Below, piece after piece: positions 37,598 to 48,120 of a DNA stretch of 64,000 bases. A program made the translations under genes and the position numbers. The stretch is taken from positions 1,005,118 to 1,069,117 of the forward strand of contig BCIN01000002.1 in NCBI GenBank assembly GCA_039545335.1, in the 5' to 3' direction. The notes beneath the pieces were generated by a model. It was not told the DNA's origin, ran no database searches, and saw only the letters and a list, made by a program, of their open reading frames with translations. The DNA is from Kondoa subrosea (lineage: Eukaryota). How positions within the stretch are numbered: position 1 is the first letter of the stretch; each line of letters opens with the position of its first letter.

Positions 37598-38887
37598 TCA
37601 ATTGTAGTATCTATCGGAAGCGAAATATGCCTGAGATGAGAGAGAAGAGAATTGTCAGATCCGTCAGAACGGCCGGTTTAGCAAGCTCACTTTGATGTTT
37701 GGTCGTTCTGCCATCGCTTCGACGAGCTTCTTCAAGTGCGGAGCCTTTCCCAAATCGATACCGCCAACTTCTCGCTCGTCATGGTAGATTTGGAATATAA
37801 CAAAGCTGGAGAACTCAGTCAGCAGAAGCTGGAGATGGCTAATTGTGTCTTACTCGGCGTCTGGTTAAATATTGAGCTTCGATACTGAAAGACGCGGTGC
37901 ATCATGCAAAGGACTCACAAGTCACTTCCTTACCCTGTGCATACCTCAGCGATGCTCTTTCTAGTATCATATGGGAACTTACCAGTACGAAAGGTCCTCC
38001 TGAGCTGAACTCGCTGCTCTTCAAACGTCCTTCGATACCTTGCACATACTTGTTGAGAATGTAGTCCTGTTAACCATCAGACAGGCTCCGCACTGTACTT
38101 TTAGATCTTACCTTGTGATTCTTGAAAGGACCCTTATCAGAGTTTGGTCCAAGACCTTGAGGTGTGGTAGAGAAAGCGCTGTCAACAAATTTGCTGCGCC
38201 AGTCGATGGCAATATCGTTCATCTGATCGACGTAGAGTTTTTCTTCGGGTGTTTTACCATCGTAAGCACCGAGCTTGCCGGCCCAATAGCGAAGCAGAGG
38301 GTAAGTCTGGGCGTCTTTGGCTCAAATCAGCTGAAGCGGTAGACGTTAGTATTCATCGAACTCACAGATCTGACCATTTAATTTGATAAAGGGTATAGAG
38401 CCAAGTGGACTAGCCAGGAATCATTAAGCTTTGATAGCTGATATGTGAGATAGCACTGACTTCTCCTTAGCTTTCTCTTCCTCACTCATTCCATTACGCT
38501 CCTCAAAGCTCCAGCGATGATCGACGAAGGCGATCTAATCAGCGCTATCAGGCGAAAGGAGTCACAGCCAAGAGCAAGAACGAACACCAGCGTCCTCGAA
38601 GAATAACCTGATTGAAGTTGTATTAGTTCATCTGCTGCGTTACTACACTGACAGTACATTACCTCATTACTTCCCCACGACCTGTAGAAAGTGGAGCGTC
38701 AGCACGGGGATCCGGCCTTATTGCTTGCTCCTTAAATACACACCTTTGCTGGCGAAATCGTAGTAATAGAGCTATTTCGAATTCATTAGCTGACGGGCAA
38801 AGACGAGCAGCGAGATTCGCGCACCTCTGGGACTCCGCCGAGCTTTGCATTGTTCTCGCCCTCTTTACCAATGTTTGCAGTCTTCAT
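37598..38887 (-). CDS. Glutathione S-transferase (sigma/pi-like, multi-exon; not represented in ORF track)
   Basis: Spliced LYYYD..GRGEVMR|LFFEDAG..NPLGSIPFIKLNGQI|YAQTYPLLRYW..GPFVL|GKEVTY|AD|FVIFQ..ERPNIK|AYFASDR. Confidence 0.85.
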
Positions 38888-39169
38888 GATGCGAGTATAT
38901 GGTGGTCTGAAGCAACAGACGCACTTTCGGCGGAGTGTGGGGTTAAGCCGGAAGATCTACAGTCAGGTTCTGCCGTGCAGAGTAAAGGTGAAGATGCAAG
39001 TATGTGTATATACACAATTGAGAGAAGAGTCAATGTAGTACCATATCTCAATCAGCACCTGTCGATCCAGATAATCGAGCTGAAACTTTCGCCAAATGTT
39101 GTGCCAGATCATTAAGCTGTAGCGGACCAGAATGTTACACGTGAGCGAACTCAAAGGCGTTATCTAAGA

Positions 39170-40024
39170 GTTTATTGACATACGATGATCTGTAAAGGCA
39201 AGACGAGGTGTTTGAGTTCTTCTGTCGCTTCCCAAATTCGATAGCACTCGGTCATGTCCAGTGAGACGTAGACGTTGCTATCAGGATAGTCAATGTGAGT
39301 CTTCTCTGAGCAGCTACAGGAGAAACGACGGGACTGACTGGCATTCAATATCATCAGGATCGATTCCAGGGCTCACGAACCAAGGCGGAGGACTTCACAA
39401 TCAGGAGGTCAGTCCTAATAATGGACGAAGTACAGTAATCAGATGGAGCACTGACCAGAAATGAAACCTACGAAGAATGTATTAGCTGATTTTCGGAGTG
39501 CAATCCAATCGAGCTTACTCGTATTGCCTGCCATTCGGAGCAATAGCATACTTCTGCCAATGAGCACGAACTCTGCCATAAAGCATTCTTTAGCGGCCTG
39601 CTGCTATAGTAGCAAGCGAAAGCTTACGGCTGGGCAGACCCTAGGAAATGGAAACATCAGCACGGATTGCACTGAAAAAGTAGACGCAGACATACAGTAG
39701 ACATCTGAATCAGGGATTCTTCCTGCCTCAACTCTCCAACATTTCAATCTCCTGTTCATGGCTTCGATCAGTTTCCTTCGACTTCTCATCACATTTGGAA
39801 GCATACCAGAGCTGCTTCAGAGGTTGATTTTCTACCCCTCCGAAAGGCTGAAAGATCAGAACGTTCATCCATCAGCTGTCATACGCCTGATAAACTGAGC
39901 AGAGACATACGTGAACATCAACGTATTGCGCTCCTAGATCTGAAGGAATCTATTGCGATCACAATTCAGCTCATCCAGCTCAAAGAGGAGAAGAGATTTT
40001 TACGGGAACTCTGCCTGAAGCCAT
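39170..40024 (-). CDS. Possible small multi-exon orphan protein
   Basis: Short exons with canonical GT-AG introns stay in frame: MASGRVP|IPSDLGAQYVDVH|PFGGVENQPLKQLW|RLKCWRVEAG..Y|WSAQP|VRAHWQKYAIAPNG; 3' end uncertain. Confidence 0.4.
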
Positions 40025-40349
40025 GACAATTTAAAGCGCTATTTATGTAGGAAGAAAACAAGAGGACCAGCCCGTAGAGAAGAAAAGAGAGTGAAAAGAA
40101 GACGGAAGAGAATGAAGTGGATTAGCAAAGCTCGATGGAAGAAGATCAAGAACAAAGGGAGACACAAAATCAACCTTCAATCGCTTGCTTTTTCCTTTCG
40201 CACCTTAGCTTATCTACATTTCAGCTTACTTGCATAACCATACTGTCCATTCCAAAGCTACAAAGTAATCAAATCTGCACTATATATGTTCAGAAGGGGG
40301 TATCTATGTTTCTGTTCTTGATCGCAATCATTTCAAAATCTTCATCTCA

Positions 40350-41989
40350 TAATCGGTATCCTAGTGTATCTTCCCAATATCTTCATGCTTCGTGAATCGT
40401 GTTTCATTTTTCGTATTTCGTTGGATCGTGTCTCGTTTTTCTTTTGTTCGCATTGTTACTGTATCTTCATTCATTCCAAACAGTGACGAAAGCGTCGTGC
40501 GTAGCAGTCGTCATAGCAGATTCGTAAGAGACCATAGAAGAAGCAATAGAAGTGACTCTTGGTCTGGTGAATTCTTGTTGACTTTCTTCCGTTACTCTAC
40601 TCTGATCTTAGGTGTTGCGTTATCCATTACTTGAGTAGTGGAAGACCTTTCTGGCTCCGACTGTACTGTAGTAGATGAGATAGGTACAGGTTGAGAAACA
40701 GCCAGAACTTCGGTTGGTTCGTTCTCGATTGCGGCGGATGGGAGTGGAATAGGTTCCGCGGCGGAGACGTGTTGATCGAAAGTAGGTGGTTCATTGTTTG
40801 TAGGCACGCCAGCCATTCTCAACAAAGATTCTCGACTTGCAATGAAACTCATTCTTCAGACTTTCAATTAGCAAATTAATCCTTCTCTTGCATAGAGGGA
40901 ACTCACTGCTGGGCTGATAAACCTGCTTTTGGATATTGGTAAATCGTACTGGAAGAGACGAAAGTTTCCGGTAAAGGGGAAGAAATAACAAGTGAACTAG
41001 TTGAGGAAGATGCTTGATTTGCGACTTGACCTCGGTAAACAGGTAAGACTGAAGAACTCTTGGATACAGAAGGACCACGACCACGGAAAACTGATCGAAG
41101 GTTCCTCATTGAACTACCGCTTGATGGAATGTCTAGAGATTGACCTGCTCGATGACCTGGTTGATAAGAAGTTGCAGCTGATGACGTCCTAGTCATTGGA
41201 TCACCACCACTCATTGAAGCTAAAGAGATTTGGGAAGGGTTTGATAGATTGGCTAGATGAATACCGCTGTTTAAAGGTGAAGCGATAGGTGAAGAATTTG
41301 ATCTTGAGCGATAAACGTATTGAGGTGGTTCAAGTAAAGAAGGAGTATCGGTTTCAGAAGAAGTAGAGGTACGAGAAAGCTCTTGAGTAGGAGAAGAAGA
41401 GTCTAAGGATGGTCGACCGGAATCCATACTTGGTCGAATATCCATACTAGGTCGAGGTAATTCCAGTTCTTCTTCGTCCGTTGGCTTCATCAGCACCATC
41501 TCATCATCGTATGCTCTTTCATTGTATTCAGGTATTGAATGAACTCTGTCCACGTAAGATCAGCACCGCTTTCTCCTTCGACAGGAAAAGAGAGACATAC
41601 GATCCGCCGCTATCTTGTCTTTGGTTATACCTAAACGGACGAGATCTTCTAGCTCCAGTAGGGACGGGAACTGTAGGTCTGCTGTTGTTGCTGCCTCCTG
41701 GTCCATTTCTTCGACTCGCGCTTCCGACAGTCAAAGCAGCATCCAATAACCCAGATTGCAATTCCGTAGTACTAGCACTGGTAGGTAAAGATTGCTGACG
41801 ACCTCTTTTCCTATCCCACCAAGTTCTGAGTTGCTTGCGTTTTAAAAAACTGATAGGATCTATTTCAGTCATTTCAAAGGAAAGGGGAATAAGGACGTAC
41901 AGAACAACGGCCATTATTAAACAGACTAGACATGCAGGAATCACGCCTGCTATAATAGCTTTATTCTTTGAAGAAAGAGAAGAAGCCAT
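40350..41989 (-). CDS. Single-pass membrane protein with Ser/Pro-rich tail and PY-like motifs
   Basis: N-terminal TM IIAGVIPACLVCLIMAVVL, then basic stretch; PPQY and LPVY motifs; 3' end approximate. Confidence 0.65.
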
Positions 41990-42197
41990 TGTATTCTAGA
42001 CTTCTTGGCCAGCTGAGGTGCGTCAAAGCGCTCTTATGCAACGAATCAATAGTTTGAACACGCGATTGCAGGGACAAGAAGAGATGAGTAAGTGTCAGAA
42101 TATATATACACACAGGCAGTGTCTCGGTAAAGTCGAACAGCCTCTAACATGAAAGTACAGATGACCGCATCTTCACATTATCCAATTAACACATCAA

Positions 42198-42785
42198 TTA
42201 CACGCGTCTAGGCACTTGTTCCTCTGCTTCTTCATGTACACTATCTCTTCTACTCGACCCGACGCGTGCTGGAATAGTCCAATTAGGTAAAGGATAAATC
42301 ATTCTTGAACTTCTGTTTGGTTTGGTATAAGGACTTTCATAAGCTGGAGGAGGTGGTTCCATCGCGGAATCAGGTGTGGCTTGTGGTAGAGTGATTGATA
42401 AGGGAGGCGAGATGGGTTCAAACGTCGTGGAATGGTATTTTGAGCTGTTACTGTCGGCTCAGAAACATTGAAAAAGAATATAAAAGAGACTCACTAGAGT
42501 GGTAGTATCCCATGAGCGTTTGCCCTTGTCCGGCTAATAACCCTTTTCTTCTATCATTCCACTTTTAGCTCATAGACCAACTTCTGAAGAAAAGTGATGT
42601 GAACTCACATGAGCTACATGTCTTCTCCACAACCCAATACCAAGGAACAACAACGATAAACCAACACAAGCAGCAAATACTGCAGCAAAAGGAGCCCAAT
42701 TCGATGCGTTTTGTACTGAGTTCAAACTAGCTGCCAAAGGTGGTAAAGAAGCAGAAGAGAGAGTGTCATCAAAGATAGAAGACAT
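42198..42785 (-). CDS. Small single-pass membrane protein with PPxY motif
   Basis: TM FAAVFAACVGLSLLFLGIGLW-RR; spliced tail contains MEPPPPAYESPY. Confidence 0.6.
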
Positions 42786-43105
42786 TGCAGTCAAGAGTCG
42801 AGGGATGTGAGAAGAAAGAAGAGGGAAAGAAGGGACGATTGAGTAAGGTGAAAGAAAGAGGCAATGCAGTAATAACAGAACATGATCACCGCATTACGTT
42901 CGTCAAACGTCTTTGGCTATGACTTGTGGTGTAGAGCATGGGTGAGAATATAGACAGTAGAGGCAATCATCAGGCGTGGTCAGAAGCCATGATCAGTCCT
43001 GGGGGCAGTGAAGAAAAACCGAATCAAGAAAACAGAAGTAAACCGCAAGTCGAGAGAACATCTGCAAACTCGATGATGGAATGGAAATGAGCCTGCACGA
43101 ATAAT

Positions 43106-43934
43106 CTACTCCCTTCGTGCACCGACTGGCTTCCTGTCTCTTCGTTGAGTAGATTCGACTTGAGGAACGGTAACGTTGACTGGAAGGCTGTCGAAGCCAA
43201 GAGCGCGAAGCACTGTAGGTCGAACGGAATCAGCGAGAAACTCTAACGGAGTCGTGCTAGGCCAGACTCACTTTCTTTGGTAGATGGGTCGACATCGATA
43301 GGTACGCCTTGCGAATCGAGAGCTGAGATTTCACTGGAGTAGTGTGGTATGTGAGTATGTGAGGACTGCTGTTGTAAAAGGCAGTGACTGACGGTACATA
43401 GTTCTGTGAAGACCACGGCTGTCAGTATTGAGAAGCTTAAAACTAGTCGGGATTACACACATCCTTGCGTTCTCTCTCTTCTTCTTGAAGTTTGAAAGAG
43501 ATACCACGAACGGGTCCTTTTTGAATTCGCTTCATCAAGTGAGTGGTGAAGCCAGCAATCTTATTGCGAAGTCTCTTAGATCCAATAATGGCAACTTCGC
43601 CCATGATGGCTTTGTTGGTGTGCTGTTGGTCGCAGACTGTCTTCAGCTACAACATACAGTGCTATCGAAGGAGAAGACCAACGAAATCGACAGTGAGACG
43701 AGGGTAGTAGTGCTCAATGGCAGCTCTTGAAGCCCTCTTGACTGTCTTTGTGCGTACTCGTCCCTATTCAAGACACCAGACAATCATCAGCCTCCATTCT
43801 CTCTATTACATTGTGTTTTATCAAATCTGAGCCAAGGGTGTATCGAAATTTGCTCGGGTATTCAGCGAAGAGTCGCTCGTTCGTAGGGTATAGGGGTATA
43901 TTCTCAAGCTTGCAGAGCAATGTGTACTCACCAT
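43106..43934 (-). CDS. RPS17: 40S ribosomal protein eS17
   Basis: [70 protein letters not shown]. Confidence 0.97.
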
Positions 43935-44099
43935 CTTGTGCTTGAAGAGAGAAGAGGATCTCCCAGAGCTGAAAATCGGGCTTTGAAGTTAACAAGACTT
44001 AACATAATCTCACTCCGAGGTGCATTTTTTTCTCCAAGCCTTGTTATCTCTCAGCTTCCTTCTCCCTTTCCCCTCCTCCTATACGCACCTACTTCCAAG
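43935..44099. promoter_or_regulatory. Putative bidirectional promoter between RPS17 and RPS22
   Basis: 165 bp between divergent ATGs; pyrimidine-rich tracts ahead of each start on the respective strand. Confidence 0.6.
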
Positions 44100-44836
44100 A
44101 TGGTCCGCACTTCAGTGAGTCTTCAATCGAGCCAGCCGAAATCTAGGCTAAGTTTCATGCACGCAGGTTCTCAACGATGTCCGTACTTAGAAAAGCCACA
44201 CCCTTGCATTAAACCAGTAGCTGATGATGCAAGGAATGGCAAATAGTGCTTGAACAACATTCTCAATGCTGAGAAAGCTGGCAAACGTCAAGTCCTCATC
44301 CGACCTTCTTCCAAAGTCATAATCCGTTTCTTAAGTGTAATGCAGAAGCACGGTATGCAGCTGGTATTGTTAGGAAGAGCGTGAAAAATTGATTGGGTTT
44401 GAAATAGGCTACATCAACGAATTTGAAGAAATCGATGATCACAGATCTGGCAAAGTTGTTGTTCAGCTCAATGGAAGGATCAATAAGTGTGGTGTCGTCT
44501 CTCCACGATTCGATGTTCAGTTAGGCGAGATTGAAAACTGGGTCAATCAGGTTCGTCAGATCAGTGGTGTAAATCTTTATAAAAAGATTCTTACTATTGT
44601 GACGCACAGCTTCTCCCTGCTCGTTCTTTCGGTTACATCATCCTCACTACTTCCTCCGGTATCATGGACCACGAAGAAGCTAGAAGGAAGCACGTCGGTG
44701 GAAAGGTTCTCGGTCAGTGTTTGGCTTTGGTGCTAGCAATTTTTTGCTTACTTTAGTGTGCACATCGACAGGCTTCGTCTACGTGCGCTCTATGCATCAT
44801 GCTCATTAGCATCCACTGATGAGTTCTCTACAGTAA
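44100..44836 (+). CDS. RPS22: 40S ribosomal protein uS8 (S22/S15a)
   Basis: [34 protein letters not shown]..|[29 protein letters not shown]..|[29 protein letters not shown]. Confidence 0.97.
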
Positions 44837-45590
44837 TCGCCAGATCCTCAAGCTTAAAAGATGCATTCGAAGTAAACCTTCGATCATTCCTTGCATCAAC
44901 AACCGACTTTCGTCTCTTATACTCAATGCTCCACTTTCATATCACGGCGAGCAACTCAGAACGCTAGACTCTTTCTCTACATCCTTCTTCTCTCTCAACC
45001 CAAGGAAGCTTTTTAAAGAAGTGATATAAGGAAGAATCGTTGATTTATGCGTACCTGGTTGTTTTATCCTTCATCATTCAAACAGGGGTATAGCTAAGAA
45101 GTATGAAGTGATGTTTTTGGGTTAATGAATGAATTTCGGCTGCCAATCTTCCTTGCGCTTGTTGTGCTTGATCTTCCTTCTCTGTTCGACCCCCCCGACC
45201 TTTAAAATTGCTTACATCTTGTCTGGTATTTCCTTCTGTACTTTCATTCTTTCGCTCTAGCACTTTCTGATTCCGGCGGTGTGAGATGTTTCGCTGCGAA
45301 TGTATGTTCTCTTTCGCGCTCTCTTGACACTCATCTGCTGCATTTCCTCGAAGCAGGGCCCCGATTTTGTTTTCTGGCTCATACTCACGCGTAACGTTAC
45401 GCCACGCTTCTGAATGAAAGCTACTTTAGATTTCCCTGAATTTTTTCATTCTTTTCCTGGCAAGTCGACACTCATCTCAGTTTCTTTCTCTCAAAGGCTC
45501 TTGATCTGTCATACTAGAATATTGCACCAGAAGGTACTTTGAAACCGGAAAGGCATTTACGAAGATAGAGGAGGAAGAGTCAGCAAAAAA

Positions 45591-46841
45591 ATGACCTTAC
45601 ACAAGAAAATCTTGGACGTGAAACTCGCTTCCTCTTCTCAAGCGCCAATCAACTTCATCGCAAGTTTGCAAGACAACCTTTGTTTGACCGAATTGAGATC
45701 TCTGGTGAATTCAAAATTAGGGAGATCATTGTTTGAATCTATTGCTTTACGCGATCAGAAGGAAGATATTGATCTGTGAGCGTGTCTCTTCTTTTTCACA
45801 ATGTGTGGGATTGAGTTGAAAAAAGTCAAACGAGATATAGAACGAATGATGCAAGCCTTCAATTCAGTTTAGCCAAACTAGAGGATTTCGGTCAATGGAC
45901 TCTCACTTACCTGTTCTTGCATCGGACTATACACTTAACTGAACAGCAAGAAGGAGGAAGGAGCTGGTCTATTGATTATCCAGCAAACGATTCTATCCCG
46001 AGTTTGGATTTGCTTAAGAAGTATTTGAGAAGAGTGGTCGAAGGAAGTCACGAAGCACGAGAGTCTAGAACAGCAGATGGTCAGATTATGTGAGTCTTTG
46101 ATTTCATCGACGATGATAAGTTCAACAGAGAGATTTGATGGTGAACAATATAGTGCGCATGATGCTCAACTTCAACTCTACGCATCAAACAAGTATCGAA
46201 TTGATCTGATCTTCGGTCCACAACCTCGTTTACCTGTCAGAGGAAGTTCGAGTCGGTCAACAAGATCAGACAGGACCGAAGACCTCTTACCGATTCCTCA
46301 ACCCTTTCAAAACAACGCTTCGGAACAGTTGCTTAAAGATCTCTTGACATCGCTAGTCGGATCTAATGCTCCTATTATGAGTCAGAATCTACTGGAAAGC
46401 TTACAAGGAGCTTCAAATCTTGAAGAGAAAGTTCAACTTGCTCTAGATCACATTGCTCAGATTAACTCGTCCAGCATTTTTCTTATCGTGGAATCGCAAA
46501 CACTTTGTCTCAGTATGCTTTTCTTCCTCTTTCTCTACTTGGCGTGTGCGGCGAATCTGATATTGAGTTGAGCAGCGGTCAGAAGCAGTACTTCCACCCA
46601 AGACCTTTGGAACCTCTTGACGAAGAGAACAGGGATATTGCAACAATCTGATTTTTATCTCATCAGAGAAACCATTCCTTCTTCTTCTTCATCATCATCG
46701 TCTTTTCGATACGGACCTATTCCTTGGTCTCATTTGATTACCGTTGGATCGTTGGGTTTGCATAGTGGTTCTAGCTTGAGAGTCAATACCCGAATTGGTG
46801 GAAAGACGGATACTAGGCAAGCAAGGAATGAACAATACTGA
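45591..46841 (+). CDS. Orphan protein with C-terminal ubiquitin-like domain ending RIGG plus 12-aa tail
   Basis: Spliced exons; C-terminus IFLIVESQTL..TSTQDLWNLLTKRTGI..FYL..TVGSLGLHSGSSLRVNTRIGG-KTDTRQARNEQY*. Confidence 0.65.
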
Positions 46842-46884
46842 TCAAAGATTACGAATGTTCTGCGCTTGTTACGTTGAGACGGAA

Positions 46885-47073
46885 CAAATATGCACATGCA
46901 TTGCAACAGGCATCGAAATAATAGTAATCTACTTTACATTGCTACGAGTCATGATTGAAGACATTCTTCTTGTCGACTGTTCTGCTCATGGCACTCAGTC
47001 TTGACGATGTACTCGCCGACTTTGGCTCACATCACGCCTCGACGGTAGAGGTCGTGAAGCGAGAAACAATCTG
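46885..47073 (-). pseudogene. Degenerate copy of the carboxylesterase 3' end (last intron, last exon, 3'UTR)
   Basis: Aligns to 48014-48264; shared blocks ggcactcagtcttgac and ctcgccgactttggctcacatcacg; 1-nt insertion breaks the frame. Confidence 0.75.
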
Positions 47074-47091
47074 CGGTTTCAAACACAGAAT

Positions 47092-47578
47092 TCATTTCGT
47101 ATACGGCGGAGCTCCAAGTAATATCGAGAAGCCAGGTCCGGGCTGAAGCATTTTTGTTGCCTGATCGTATAGCAGTAAAGGTAGAGGCGTCAAATGACCA
47201 AATGGCAGATCTCCCTGTGAGACATAAATGTCAACAGCCGGAAAATAGTTACTAATCCTGGAAACTTACCACTTCATTGCGTCCCGCATGTCTAAGCTTA
47301 GACAATATCATACCGAAGAACATAAGCTAATAATCAATAAATAAGCTTCAAGCGAATATGACACAGCTTCTATCACGTACCTCTAGTCCCCGACAATCAG
47401 TACCGATGTTAGGTGAGCGGCAGGTGATTTGATAACTTTCTTGTTGTGCAGTCACGCTGTCGTTGTAATTCCTTATGACCTCCCCTGGAATTCCACCGGG
47501 CACGTTTTCGATGAAAACGGCGTCGCACAGAAGGCCAGTGATATATCTGTTCAAATTTTTGGGTTGGCTGGCGGACAT
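47092..47578 (-). CDS. Possible 3-exon orphan protein (~125 aa)
   Basis: MSASQPKNL..DCRGLE|LMFFG..RNEV|GDLPFG..PPYTK* with GT-AG introns in frame. Confidence 0.4.
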
Positions 47579-48120
47579 GGTAAGAAGGCGATAATCTGCT
47601 GTTGCTTTGAGTGTAGATTTGAAAAAGGAAAGCGGAAAGTGAGCAACTTGATGCGCTTGACTCAGTCGAAAGTGGAATAATCAAGGGCAATCGAGCTGTC
47701 TCTGCAGCAACACGTGCACAGACTGTTGTAGGACCAGACTACTGTGCTAGAGTGCCGGTGGAAGAGAAAAAGGATAATGAGATCGTGCACTGCATGCCGA
47801 GGCTGGAACTAAGACATCAAGGCCAATTGAAGCGTGGGGTGACAGGCCAATGCTGTAAGGATAGAGGCGCCACTTAGTAAGGTGTGCGAGAATTTGTGAG
47901 ATTGAATAGCAGGTGAGCAACACAAAGACAGTGGGAATGGAGGAGAATGTTTTCTTTTCAATGCAAGACTATTAGTCGTTCGCTCTTGCGTCTGTACATA
48001 TACAGCAAAGCATTATGCACGTGTATTGCAGCGTTAGCGTCGATATCGAATTGTCTAATTGAGATGGAGTTAGCAAGAGTTGGCAAGAGTTGTTTTCATG
48101 TAATGCGCCTAACGCACGAA

